Notes: a model not told the origin generated them from the letters alone. Positions 12,465 through 25,888 are shown, numbered from the whole stretch's first letter. The stretch: 63,673 nucleotides of DNA, filler included, from Chiloscyllium plagiosum (GCF_004010195.1; 4 parts of one record of this genome joined end to end with filler, not necessarily neighbours in it); one strand, 5' to 3'. Program-made: numbers and translations.

Positions 12465-12815
12465 TATGACTATCACTGGCATGGGCAGCATTCATTGTTA
12501 ATTCATAATTACCCATGAAGAGATAATAATTTTGAACCAGTGCAATCCCATCGGGTGTAGATACACCCACTATGGTGTTCGGGAGGAAGTTACATGATTT
12601 ACCTGGCAACGAAGAAGGGATGGGGATCTAGTTTCAGATCAGCATGCAATACTACCTGGAGGAGAAATTGCAGTCCATTATGTTCCCATATGCCAGCTGT
12701 CACTATTTCTCTCAGAGGTAGATGTCTCAGGTTTAGTAGGAATTATCAGAAGAATCTTAAAGATAGGTCGTTGCATGGGATCTTGTACATAGTATACTCT
12801 GTTGGTCATTGAGTG
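12465..12815 (-). mobile_element. L2/CR1-group LINE 3' fragment
   Basis: Degraded homolog of the 3' part of 34690-35512. Confidence 0.55.
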
Positions 12816-14049
12816 TTAAAGGTGGTGTCCCTATCTCTGAACTAGGAATCCTACGTTTGAGTCCCTTCTGCTGCAGAGGAGTGTAATGACAGGTTGATGT
12901 TATTTTTAAGATGATGGATTGGGTGATAAAGAGATTGATTGTTTTTTCCACATCTTGCCTGAGTCACAACTCCTGGAACTGGTCTTGTATACCCGTAAAT
13001 GGAATTCTACTTCAGACTAATACCTTTGACTCTTGTTTCCTTTCTCCACTCATTCTGACCGAGCCCCCCACTATTGATTCATTATATCCCTTTCCTGCAG
13101 TTCATGTTAAATGACATAACAGCTTGGATTTCCTGAGAAATACATTGAAGACAAATATTATTGTGGGTATTGTTGATTCCTATCTCTCTTGGCAAACAGT
13201 CTGTAACAGTTTGGAAACACTGTTCACATTCCTTAAACATTCTAACACATCAGTTAAGTTTGCGAGTTACTTTCAATGTTGTCCATTTATTATTAAAAAG
13301 CTAATTTCACAGCAATGAACATTTACCGCTGCGTTGACACTGTTGATTAGAACAATGAGCTTCTTGGGGAATTATTTCAATAAACTAGTAACTAACTTGT
13401 CAATTATTGATTTGCTATCCAGGCAGTCACCAGAACTGCCATGATATTGGGAAGTTTCCAGATTTGCAGTAAAATCTCATTTCGTATTATCTTACCCAGT
13501 ATACAATAAATGTACTGGGAAGTAATTAAGAGCATATAGTAGATATTATGAAATAATGAAGATTTGCTAATAGTGTTAAGCTGGCAGTATTAGCAAAGAC
13601 TGTTTGATTGCTATATAATCCACAAATTATCATTTGCCTCTAGGAAGTAAATTTCAACATTTTAATGATGAAATGCACTTATTTACAGATAATTTTTTCC
13701 AAAGCTGCAATACTAAGATGTCTCATACAGCTGAAATACTGCAGAAGAATCAAATTTAGTAGAGACCCAATCCATCTTCGGAGGTACAAATTTTCACACA
13801 GTGACATAGCTAATTATACAAGAAAATAATTTTAAGTCTCAGAGGTCTAAGTGATGATGATAATTCTGGTCAAGATTTAAAATGATGAAAGGAGTGATCG
13901 GGTTGTTACGCAGAGAAAATCTATGCTATGGCAGTGCAATCCAAACAATTAGAGCTAGATCATCATGACCAAAACTAAAAGTTAGTATAGATCTGTAATT
14001 TTTCCCACAAATCACTGTGGATGCTGTACAACTTGACTTTTCATTTTTT

Positions 14050-14527
14050 AAAGAATCCCTACACTGTGGAAACAGGCCCTTCAGCCCAACAAGTCCAAAC
14101 CGATCCTCCAAAGAGTCAGCCACCCAGACCCCTTTATTCCTGATGAAGGGCTTTTGCTCAAAACGTCGATTTTGCTGCTCCTCGGATGCTGCCTGAACTG
14201 CTGTGCTCTTCCAGCACCACTAATCCAAAATCTGGTTTCCAGCATCTGCAGTCATTGTTTTTACCCAGACCCATTCCCCATTCTATTACTCTACATTTAC
14301 CCATTACTAATGCACCTAACCTACACATCCCTGAATACTCTGGGCAATTTAGCTTGGCCAATTCACCTAACCTGCATATCTTTGGATTGTGGGAGGAAAC
14401 CAGAAAGAAACTCATGCAGACCCAGGAAAAACATGAAATCTCCACACAGACAGTCGCCTGAGGCTGGAATTGAACTTGGGTCCCTGGTGCTATGGTGTAG
14501 CAGTGCTAACCACTGAGTAACCATGCC
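14050..14527 (-). mobile_element. HE1-like V-SINE with nested PLE insert
   Basis: Full head-to-tail SINE on the minus strand, split at ACCCAGACCC. Confidence 0.85.
14132..14262 (+). mobile_element. Short hammerhead-bearing PLE insert with 10-bp TSD
   Basis: CTGATGA-A-GGGC tttt GCTC-AAAACGTC (degenerate core). ACCCAGACCC at 14122-31 and 14263-72. Confidence 0.8.
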
Positions 14528-16052
14528 AGTAGAATCTGAGGTAGAGAGCAGCATCTTCCCAGCGCTTGAGCAAAGTGAACACTGGCAAGAAATTTTTCAA
14601 AATGTGGAGAGAATGAAAATATAAGATCATTGAAATCAGGTTTTTAAAAGTCTGATTTTTCCAGATGGCAGGATGGGCATCTCACTAGTTGGTGGTGAGG
14701 ACCTTATTTTCATGAATTTACTTTGAATCTTGCCTCCTTTCTCTGCGGGTCATGATTGTCCCTGGTACCGAAGTGTAAACCTGACCGGTTGCCTGGCAAC
14801 AGTCATTGCTGTGTTCTGCAGGCCTCCATGTTGACCACTCTTCCCCAACATCTCAGTCCCCATCGGAAGTGACCCACCTCCATACTCCATCCACCAAAGC
14901 CAGCAGACCACTCTCTCAAAGGTCAAGTTACTAGCTCCTCACTTCAAAGGGGTGGGCTCAGCCATTTCCTTCCCTCCCCATTGTGCATTTTCAATTTCCA
15001 GCACAATGGAAGGTAACCATGAGCACTCCTCAGTTGGTAGGTTGGACCCTCCACTCTGAATGTGTTAGTGATCCTCCAAACATTCAAATCTTCTTTTTGC
15101 TGACATTTGCAGTAAAATCCATAGGCTTCATATCTGTGCACGATATCTTCAAATTCACATCACCCATCTACATGTGCCTGCATCTACTTATCTTTACCAG
15201 CTAACTCCTGGCATACCAGATGACCATGCCAGCTGGAGTCAGTTATTCACTGCTCCTGTCCAGAAGCCAGGGTACACCTGTGTACAAACTCCGCTTCTGC
15301 ATCATCGCGTTCCCAGCTATGCTATACTATATCCTCCCCAAGATTCTGTCGCCCCCTTCACAAATGTCATCCAGCCTTCCCCCAGTTTGCAGCCCTGTTC
15401 CTGAAGATGAACTTGCTGAGACTCATTCAGACCCCTGGCTGGTAGCTATACATTTTCCCAACTGTGACAGCCTTACCCCCTCCCATGAGTGGCAGATATA
15501 AAGACACAGGATTGAACTGATCCACTCCCTGGTCTCAGAGGGACACATAGCCTGAAGGACATCACTCAGAAGGGTTACCTAACCATGGCCAATCTCCTCA
15601 ACTGGTATTGAAGGCTGGTCTGGGTTTACTATGCTGGGACCCCCGGACTGACTAGTTCATCTCAAAACTTCAATGATGACAAGTCCCCTAAGACAGAGGC
15701 ATGGCTGTACAGGAAGTGTCTTTGCTGTTTACTCTGCTGCCACATGGAGTAGGGGTAAGATTAGCGCAACTCCATGCAGCAAGGTGTCTTTCCTCTTGAC
15801 TGAGGACTGCTGACCAGCAAGGAAAGCTGCCTGTTTGCGTGACAGCACTAATCAGCAAGGCAAGGAAAGGTGAAACAACACAAGGATGCTGCGATGCAGT
15901 GAACCAGCCTGAAGACTGCTAGTGAGGTGCAACCGAATCTAATCTGTCCACTCCCTCTCCTTGCATATAAAGTGTCCCTCACGCTACTTTCCAGTGATAG
16001 TTCATTCACCACACACTGCCAGTGCATCAGAGAAGTGTCATGAGAGGTTGGA

Positions 16053-16420
16053 AATTTTTTTTTAAATTATCCATTCATGGATGTGGCTGTTGCTGGCAAG
16101 ACGAGCATTTATTGCCCATCCCTAATTGCCCAGGGAGCAGTTAGTTATCAACCACATTGCTGTGGTTATAGAGTCACATGTAGGTATAGACCAGGTAAGG
16201 ATGGCAGATTTCCTTCCCTAAATGACATTTGTGAATGAATTTTTTTTTTCTGACAATCAGCAATGGTTTTGTGGTCATCATTAGACTCCTAATTCCACAG
16301 TTTTGTTGAAATCAAGTTCTACCATCTGCCAGGGCAAGATTTGAATCTGAGTCCCCACAACATTACCTGGCTCTCTGGACTAGCAGTTCAGCGATTTTGC
16401 CATTTGGCCAACACCTCCCC
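16053..16420 (-). mobile_element. tRNA-derived SINE, second family
   Basis: Homologous to 12040-12392 along its full length. Confidence 0.75.
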
Positions 16421-16999
16421 AAATCGGCCAGGTTGGCAAAAACTGGATGCCATTGTCCATGGGTGTGGTTGTTTCACATGGTGTCGTTTGATTGAACATA
16501 ACGTGGAGGTCTTTCAGGGTAAGCGGCAACCTGAATCAGCCAGTCCCTGCTCCATGTTGGGATTTTTCGATACCTAACTTGTTTGGCAAGTTTGGTCAGA
16601 AAGAAAGCTGAATATCAATGAACTGAACTGTGCTATCAATCAGTTATTCAGCAAATTACAGTCCCATATCAGCCAAATCATACAAGTTAGAATTGTAACC
16701 ACTCAACTTAGGAAAAGCAGAAAAGATAATGTGAGATGTTCCCAAAATTGAGATGATCTTCATTGGATTTCTCATTTAATCATGTGATGCATCTCACCAT
16801 AACCCATGTCACTCAGAGCATTATGAACGTGTAGAGGTACTGCACCGTTAAGAGAGTTGAAAAGGTAGCAAGGACTATCTGACACAGCACACAGTGTTCT
16901 GAACAAGGTAGCAATGCAACACTTAGTTGAAACCAATATTACAGCTGTGTTGCTGTGGAACACAAAAACAAATTCAAATTTGGCCAATCAGTTTACATT

Positions 17000-17538
17000 A
17001 TGCCCCAAGATACCAGAATCCAATCAAATTTGATTTTAGTATTTTGATAATATTAAAACCAATGAAATCATCCAATGTTTTGGGGAATAAAACTGGACAT
17101 TTTGAACAGCTGGAGGGAGAACTGCCAAGCCACCAACAAGTACAGACTGCCAGTAGAACAGCTCTCTAAAAGGTACCTGTCTATGAGAAGTTTGCACAGC
17201 AGAGCATTGAAAAGACGCCAGAGGAAAATACAAAGAGAAGATTCGACAGCTGGCTGGTTTTGAAAGTTGAATTTTTTGTAAATCTTAATTTTTTTTTATT
17301 GGACTAGTATTGTAGGTTGGGAGGTAAAAGATAAGTTTAAGAGAAAAGATTTGTAAATAGTTGTGGGTTTTAATATTCTCTGTTGGACTTAAAGAATAAA
17401 GTTGTTAATTTTTACTTCAAGTAGTGACCTCTGGGGTAAGTTTTTGCCTTTTGTATTTTAACAGATTACAGCATGGGGTTGGTTTTTTTTCTGGCTGGCT
17501 GGTTTAAATTAGCAGAGGGGTTTACCTTGTGATGTAAC
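17000..17538. mobile_element. LTR-like repeat (uncertain)
   Basis: Ends in ...gtttaccttgtgatgTAACA (TGTTAC on the other strand) and has internal AATAAA. The left boundary is unclear. Confidence 0.35.
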
Positions 17539-18040
17539 ACAGAGCCCTATAAGATTCCAATCAATTTTCTTCTATGATATTATGCTCTGAAGTGTCTGGA
17601 ATTCTTTTAGGTATTGTTAAACAGCAGGTGTAGAATTTTGAGGGGTTTGCTAAATTGTGACTGGTGGAAAAAAAGAGAAATATCATAAGTAGCTGTTTTA
17701 ATGTTTTTAAGATAGCTATTAAAGTTATGATGGAAGTGTGATGGAAATTGTACCTCATGCATTTTAAACTTTATTTCATTAAGGGTGAAAGTGAAGCATA
17801 TGGATTGAGTCTGAACACGAGATTTAATCAATTGAAGAAAAGGGAGGATACTTGCTGTAGTTCTGGAATTTATTTTGAATTTCATCAGATCTAAATTGGT
17901 TAACATCAATGGGAGTTATGGACAATGTTATCAAAGGAAAAATGGCTGGTGTTTCATCTGAAGAAAAAGTAAAACAAAGTCATTTTCAGCAGAGTGCATG
18001 ACCTGCTGTTTGAATCTCAGGATTGCATCACTTTGAAATA

Positions 18041-18365
18041 TGTTGTGGTTGTGCTCGCCGAGCCGGGAATTTGTGTTGCAGACGTTTCGTCCCCTGTCTA
18101 GGTGACATCCTCAGTGCTTGGAAGCCTCCTGTGAAGCGCTTCTGTGATCTTTCCTCCGGCATTTATAGTGGTTTGAATCTGCCGCTTCCGGTTGTCAGTT
18201 CCAGCTGTCCGCTGCAGTGGTCGGTATATTGGGTCCAGGTCGATGTGCTTGTTGATTGAATCAGTGGATGAGTGCCATGCCTCTAGGAATTCCATGGCTG
18301 TTCTCTGTTTGGCTTGTCCTATAATAGTAGTGTTGTCCCAGTCAAACTCATGTTGCTTGTCAGAT
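18041..18365 (-). mobile_element. Penelope-like element 3' end (GIY-YIG C-terminus)
   Basis: Encodes HEFDWDNTTIIGQAKQRTAMEFLEAWHSSTDSINKHIDLDPIY. Near-identical to 25990-26310. Confidence 0.9.
18078..18117 (-). ncRNA. Minimal type I hammerhead ribozyme motif, intact core
   Basis: Reverse complement GCA-CUGAGGA-U-GUCACCU agac AGGGGAC-GAAAC-GUC-UGC: stem I GCA/UGC, stem II, ACGU palindrome, GUC triplet. Confidence 0.72.
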
Positions 18366-21300
18366 GAAATATGCATTTCCTAAAATTGAAATTTTATTAG
18401 TGACAATGAACCATAGTCCATTATAAATGGTAATTCCTCAGTGGCTCTCAGACAGTTAAACAAAAGTGGTATCAATATTGAAAATAAACAACTGTCAAAT
18501 GTACAGCTTGTTTTGGACGAGCACTGAAAAGGCAGATTCAATTGTAAGACCCATGATTTGCTAGCCAATCTTTGTCATGGAAAAACACAAGAAATACTCT
18601 GATTTTGGAAGTTCAGTTTCCAGTCGGAGAATCAAGCAGCAAACATGCTGATATGTCAAAGAAAATATGTCGACAATTCAGTAGTTTTAAAAGGTACGTG
18701 CAAAAATTAAAGCAATTTCTAACTCACTTAGATGTTAGCAAGAAGAGGCCAAATAAAGTGGATGGAAAAACAGCAAGCTTTTATAAATTACATTATATCT
18801 GTAATAATGTAAAATGGTATATTTTAAAACTGAAGGGATTTCTATAAACTACTCGGTCTCAGTCACATTGCTATTATATTTAACATAAGTACACATAACA
18901 GTAAGGCAAAGCATGGAATAGACATGATCATCTTTGATGTGGAGAAACAAGTTAACATAATTTTGACAGTAAAATGTTATCTATGCTATGAGCTGGAGTT
19001 TCTACCTGGAGGCAGATAGCAGGAATTGGAAAACTTCCAAACGTAGCCATAGCTTTGAATGAATGGTGCCTGCAAAGACATAATTTTCATTCCAGGAGAA
19101 GTGAGTCCTAATAGGAATCAGGCCTGCCATCTCCAGAAAGAATTCAGGGGCAGCTGTGGGTTTGCCATGTACCAAGGCAGATAATGAAAAAAAACCTACT
19201 AAAATGAGCCAGGAGGTTGCTGCAATTGTAATAAAAGCAACAAGCTGGAAACATAACCCCCAGCCCTCAGCCTTCACATGTCCTCACCTGCTCCCCTGCT
19301 GCCACCATGTCAATGTATGAATCTTCACCCATCCCCCATGGTTTCTCATATCCTCCACGCAACCTATGGAACTTCCATGCCCTTTAAAAAAGACAGAAAC
19401 TATTGAATTGTCCTATACAGAGGGACCTGGGTATTGTGGTATATATTTTTTAAATTGATTCATGTGATGAGGGCATTGCTGTCTTGGCCAGCATTTATTG
19501 CCCATTCCTAGTTGTCCAGGTGCCAGTCAAGAATCAACCGCATTGCTGTGAGTCTGGAGTCACATATGGCCAGACCTGAACTGCAATTAGTTAGTAAGCA
19601 CATACAGCAAGTTAGCTGGAGGGCAAATTGAACGTTGGCATACAATAGGAATCAAGTATAGAAATGTAGAAAGATTGCTTCAGCTGTACAAGGTCTGAGT
19701 GTGGCTGCAACTGGGCTACTGTGTACAGTTTATGTGTCTGTCTTTAACAAAAGGATGCAATTGCATTAATGTTGTTCAGAGAAGGTTCATTCAGCACATT
19801 CCTAAAGTGATGGGGTCATATTACGGAGGAAGATTGAGCAGGTTGTGCCTTTACTCATTGGAATTTAGGAGATTAAGATCATGTGGAAACAAATAAGATC
19901 CTGAGGGAACATGACAGGGTGGATGCTGAGAGAATGTTTCCCTTCACAACTGAGTCTTGCACTGGGTGACACAGTCGCCATGTGATGAGGGGATTATTGG
20001 TGAATGAAAATTGGGTTTGGGATTTCTGTCATTGCACGAGAATTAGTTCTCCATGAACTAACTGGGTGAAAGGGACTGAGGACTTTGTAACCTTGCTTCT
20101 GCCACTTTACTCTTAGAAGCCCCTCGCACCTTGCTTTTCATGGATTTGTTGATAAAGCTGTTCTGTCAAACAACTTTAGTAAACTAAATAGACGGCCAAA
20201 ATAACCCTCAGAAAATTACAAGGTCAGCACACTGCTGAGAGCTACCTTTACAAACAATTTCAACTTTATAAGAAACATCAGTTTGTAAGCTGTTCAGAGG
20301 CAAGTTGACTCATTTGTCAACAGGTCTGCACCTGGATTAAAGCCAATCTTGAGCACACGGTTCAGGATAAAAGACTGTTGAAATTATCTTTGATTAAAAT
20401 ACTACAATAAATCATACATCAATGATACCATTCAATCTTTGAACAATTATCTGACTGTTCAATGTCTTTAATAACATTTCACTTTGACAAACACAGGATA
20501 ATGAGGAAGAGTCATTCGACCCGAAACGTTAACTCTGATTTCTCTCCATCGATGCTGTCAGACCTGCAGAGCTTTTCTAGCAATTTCTGTTTCTGTTTCT
20601 GATTTCCAGCATTCACAGTTCCTTTGTTTTGTTGTATTGTGGTAATAATATAATTTGGAGTCAGAGAATTATATAATCCCTATAGTATGGAAGCAGGCCA
20701 TTCAGCCGTTCGAGTCTACACTGACCCTCCAAAAAGCATCTCACCTAGACCCACCCTAATACCCTATCCCTGTAACCATGGCTAATCTGTTTCACCCGCC
20801 CCTAGCATTAAATGATCAAGTGGAGTCAAAATGATATAAAGCCGAACAATGATTTCATAAATATAAGAGGGGGACATTTGATGGATTTAGCTTCATAACA
20901 CATAAAGTAAAATTTAGTCTGCAGAAATCCTGCACATGTTTATCTAAGTTGAATTTTGCCCCATAAATAGTTTTATAGCAGGTAGCATTAGTAAATTGCC
21001 AGATCTTTGACTGCATATATTGACACCATTGTAGCCAACTGAAGCACTGAAATGGTTCAGACTACTTGACCACATACTACCTTGGATGCAGAGTGTCCAC
21101 ACATAGCAAATCATAGTTCTACCTGCTTTATTTCTCTACTCTTTTCATATATCCTTAAAGCTAACATAGCTGACCTCAAATAACCTAAGATACTAGAACA
21201 GAATATTACTTTTGTCAGCAAGTATAATAAAAAAATCCAATTCCTTTTCATAATTAAAACCTCCTTGAATCCAGTATACCATTTGTCTGCAAAAATACAT

Positions 21301-22164
21301 ATTTTAATTCTTCATTCTGTCTCACCTACATTTACTAGCAAATAAAATGTACTTAATATAGCATTGCTGACCCATTCCTCTGTTCTGACATGAACTTATG
21401 TTGGAAATATTAATCCTGACTGAGTTAACTAAATTGTACGGATTCATTCCTATACTTATTACACATTGTTGAATGAAAAGGCCAAATTATCTCAACCTTC
21501 TGAATGTAACTGTTTCAGAATCCGTTAATAGCATCTTTAATAGTTTTAAAGCATATGTTGTGCCGCAGCATGCCTAAAATCCAATTGATGTCAATTCTAA
21601 GTTTGGGAGTTCAAATGTCTAAAATTCAGTCAATTTCTAATTTCTATTAGGATTTAATACCGAACAATAGTTAATTACAAATAGAATTCTATTTATTATA
21701 AGTCTGTATTGAAACAGAGTACCAAAGTGCACTTGCAATCTTTTAGAATGAAACAGTAGCCTCTCTTTGGCATTTTATACTTTTTATTAGGTGAGAAATT
21801 GCTGGCACAGTAACAGTGAGATGCAAATGCAAATGTTGTTAATGTATAAGTTATCCAGCAATATGTGGCAGTAGAAACGATACCCCAAACGTCAGGAATA
21901 ATTTGTGCCCCTCTGCCATAGCCCCATCAAAAACAGCAGCTCACACTCAACAACTTGTAAGTATTTGTAATTAACCTATTCAGGCTCGTATCTGGAGCAG
22001 GAGGGACTTGAACCTCTAACTGACAGGTAAGGACGTTACCATTGAACCACAAGATCCAATCTTCAAGACTTCCTGTATTATGCAATGATTTGCAATTGAA
22101 CGTATCACATATTTTTAACATTGATACTTGACTGACGAGATTTAAGTTACTACAATATCACACA

Positions 22165-22737
22165 AACCCTACCTGGTGAGACCGCAGCTGAAGTATTGTG
22201 CCCAGTTTCGGTTCCCTTATTTGAGGAAAGATGTAACAGTATTGGAAGCAGTCCAGAGGACATTCACTAGATTGATCACAGAGATGAGGGGTTTGTCGTA
22301 TGAAGAGAGATTGAACAGTTTAGGGCTATACCCTCTGGAATTCAGAAAAAAGAGGAAAGATCAAATTGAGGTATTCAAGGTGATGAAAAGTATGGATAAA
22401 ATAGATATGGAATGGATGATTCCTTTTGTGGGGCATTCGATCTCGAGAGGTCATAGCCTGAGGATAAGGTGTAACAAGTTTAAAACAGAATTGAGGAGAG
22501 ACTACTTCTCCCAAATGTTATAAATCTGTGGAATTTGCCACCCCAAAGTGAAGTGGATGCTGGGACAGTGAGTAAATTTAAGGCAGAGTTAGACAGATTT
22601 TTAATTGGTGGGGGGTTGAAGGGATATGGAGAGAAGGCAGGAAAATGGGGGTGAGAAGCATATCAGCCATGGTGGAACAGACTTGATGGCCAAATGGCCT
22701 AATTCTGCTGCTATATCGTAAGAACTTATGAACTTAT
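22165..22737 (+). mobile_element. CR1 LINE 3' fragment
   Basis: Encodes VRPQLKYCAQFRFPYLRKDVTVLEAVQRTFTRLI...LSYEERL. Confidence 0.9.
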
Positions 22738-23359
22738 AAACTCTCCCTCCCAGATAAAGAACAATGGGGAAGCTGTTCTTTAGTTTCCTACAGCTGTTAG
22801 ATGTGGCCGATGTAAAATTCTAATGATAAACTCACCTACTTTTTATATCATTCAGCGATTTCATTTCAGCAATACTTGCACATTAAATCCCACTGAGGGA
22901 ATTTTTAGGCCTGTTTTTCCATTGAATTAGGATGATTTTTAAAAACAGTGGTCAGAGCCCCTGTTTCAGAGATTACCACCTTCATTTCAACTGTGCAATT
23001 TTCTTTTAAGATTGTGGGCTCGCTTGGGTAATGATCATGAGTCCTGCATGTGAGGCTTGGCTGACTCCATGGTGGGGATAGTCATGTCCAAGTTCCCACA
23101 CAGCTTTCACACTCCATAGCACCTCAGGTATCGTAACCCAAATTCTGCAGGTGAGAAACTTCTGAAAATTAAGTTCAACGGGCCTTTGGCAGGTGGCGAG
23201 AAAAATAACACTGGGACAAAGTGACTTAAATATGAACAGAAAATGCTGAAGAAGCTCAGCAGGTCTGGCAGCATCTGTAGAGAGAGAAAAACAGAGTTAA
23301 CAGTTCATTTGACATAGGACCATAGCAACACAAAAAAAGGAGGAAGCCCTCTAGCCTCT

Positions 23360-23525
23360 GTTGGAGGTGGAGAAGTCAACGTTTTAGGTATAACCCACGT
23401 TTAGTCCTGAAGAAGGGTTACACCTGAAACGTTGACTTCTCCATCTCCTGATGCTGCCTGTGTTTTTCCAGCATCCTGCATATCGACCTTGGATTCCAGC
23501 CTCTGCAGTTTTTTTTGCCTCTAGC
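23360..23525. mobile_element. PLE fold-back fragment with hammerhead motif at 23403-23436 (+)
   Basis: AGTC-CTGAAGA-A-GGGT tac ACCT-GAAACGTT-GACT, preceded by its inverted copy ggagaagtcaacgtttt. Confidence 0.7.
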
Positions 23526-24179
23526 ATTTCTGCCATTCAACAAGATCATGTCTGATTTGTGGCCTAAGTCCATAACCCTGCCTTTGGCCCATATCCTTTA
23601 AGTATCTTTGCTTAACAAAACTCTATCTATCTCAGATTCAAAATTAATTTTAATCTGATATGACTTCTTCTGGACTCATTGTGTGTTCCTTAGCAGCTGA
23701 ATGGAAAAGAAACATGTTTTGTTGAAGTATTGAGTCCAACAAAGAAGTGAAACTCGGGACTGGGACAGACCTGAGATAATGTGAGGCTTTGCTAAGGAAG
23801 GGAGAGGTTGAGAATGTGCATGTGGTCAGACATGTCACTGAACTGGGCCTCAGGATGTAGCAGGAGCAGCTGCCTGAGTAACATTATCTATCTCGGACAT
23901 ACCGTAATCTTGGGGGACTTGAGACAGGAAGGTTGGAACTTCAGTCGGAATCTATATGGGGCAGAGTAGAGTAGGTGACAGTCACTGAGGAAGGAGATCT
24001 GAAAGTGAGTTTTGACATGCATGTTATCAAACAGCAGAAGGAAGAAAGAAAGCAACAAACAAGCCAATGTATTGAAATTGTTATCCCATCAGAGGGAAAA
24101 GCAGAACTCCTTCAACATGGCCATACCTGGAGGAGAAGGGGCAGTTAGTAAAACACGCAAATAAAATTCTAAAATAAAA

Positions 24180-24725
24180 AGAACAGTGGACATCAGAGAT
24201 TGAAAATAAGCCAAAAATTGCTGGAGAAATTCAGCAGGTTTGGTAGCATCTGTAAAAGGAAATTGAAGTTTTGGTGGTATATGATGATTTTTCAGAACTA
24301 GAAGCAGCCAGAAAGAGATGGTATTTAAGCTGATGATGAGTTTGTGAAAGAGAAAAGGAGAGAGCTAATGGGATGCCAGTGAGACAGGAAGTGGAAAAAA
24401 AAACAGATAGACAGACAATAGGGTTGTTCTTAGTAAGCCGGGGAAGATGATAAGCTAGATATGTGATAATAGCTTGAAATAGGTTGGCTGTGCTGAAAAC
24501 AGCCCATTTTATGATAGGACAGGGGCAGCTAATGTACAAGGAATGCTCTGAAATTGTTAAGTGTGATGTTGAGTCCTGAAGGTTCTAAAATACCGAAGCT
24601 GAAGTAAAGATGTTTTTCCTCCAGCTTGTATTGAGCCTTGCTAGAAGATGCAGAAGACCTGAGACAGAAACATTGGTATGGGAAGATGATGGTATATTGA
24701 AGTGCCAGGCTACTGGCAATTTTTA
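24180..24725 (-). mobile_element. Penelope-like element 3' end
   Basis: Encodes QYKLEEKHLYFSFGILEPSGLNITLNNF, typical of a PLE GIY-YIG C-terminus, followed by the pLTR tail. Confidence 0.75.
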
Positions 24726-24887
24726 TACAGAGAATATGAGTGTTCCATAATGTGGTCATCCAGTCTGATGCCACCAGTGGACACATACTTCCCTACCTTC
24801 CATTATCAGCATTCCATAGGAGCTGATTTCTTCAGGACACTGTGGTCCACTCCTCCTCGAGTACTGACACCTCCTCATAACAACATA

Positions 24888-25640
24888 ATCATAGAGTCAC
24901 ACAGATGTATAGCACGGATACAGAACCTTCAGTCCAACTCGTCCATGCTGACCAGATACTCCAGCCTAATCTAGTTCCACTTGCCAGCACTTGGCCCATA
25001 TCCCTCCAAACCCTTCCTATTCATAAACCCATTCAGATGTCTTTTAAATGGTGCAGTTGTACTAGCCTCCACCACATCCTCTGACAGCTCATTCCATACA
25101 TGCACCACCTTCTGAGTGAAGAAAATTGCCCCTTAGGTCTCTTTTAAATCTTTCCCCTCTCACTCTCAACCTCTGCCCTCTAGTCTGGACTCCCCCACTC
25201 CAGGGAAAAGACTTGGTCTATTTATCCTATCCATGCCCCTCATAATTTTGTAAACTTCTATAAGGTCACCCCTCAGTCTCTGATGCTCCAGGGAAAACAG
25301 CCCCAGCGTATTCCACATCTCCCTGTAGCTCAAATCGTCCAACCCTGGCAATGTCCTTGTAAATCATTTCTGAACCCTTTCAAGTTTCACAACATCCTTC
25401 CAATAGGAAGGAAACCAGAATTGCACGCAATATTCCAACAGTGGCCTAACCCAATGTCCTGTACAGCCACAACATGACCTCCCAACTTCTGTACTCAATA
25501 CTCTGACCAGTAAAGGAAAGTATACCAAACGCCTTCTTCACTATGCTTTCTACCTGTAACTCTACTTTCATGAAGCTATGAACCTGCACTCCAAGGTCTC
25601 TTTGTTCAGCAACACTCCCCAGGACCATAGCATTAAGTAT
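24888..25640 (-). mobile_element. CR1 LINE 3' fragment
   Basis: Encodes VLGSVAEQRDLGVQVH...LFSLEHQRLRGDLIEVYKIMRG. Confidence 0.9.
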
Positions 25641-25788
25641 AAAGGCAGAGAGCCAGAAGCGTGGAGAGATAAGCTAGAGGAGGGTGGCGGTTGGGAGAAA
25701 GTAGCATAGAGTACAATAGGTGAGTGGGGGAGGGGATGAAGGTGATAGGTCAGGGAGGAGAGGGTGGAGTGGATAGGTGGAAAAGGAG

Positions 25789-25888
25789 NNNNNNNNNNNN
25801 NNNNNNNNNNNNNNNNNNNNNNNNNNNNNNNNTTAATTAATTAANNNNNNNNNNNNNNNNNNNNNNNNNNNNNNNNNNNNNNNNNNNN
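25789..25888. other. Assembly gap (44N + TTAATTAATTAA + 44N)
   Basis: The identical construct also occurs at 53884-53983 and 61085-61184. Confidence 0.97.

Noticed and set aside
18572..18847. 91-aa ORF with an internal AG|GTACGT donor-like site
   Set aside because: It has no ATG start, no recognisable domain and no convincing acceptor.
19006..19075. Minus-strand 64-nt exon-like segment (tttgcAG...CAG|GTAGAA)
   Set aside because: The donor is weak, no frame gives a recognisable peptide, and I found no partner exons.
25833..25844. TTAATTAATTAA palindrome, also at 53928 and 61129
   Set aside because: It is always centred in 44N+12+44N and gives stops in all six frames. This is an artificial scaffold spacer.
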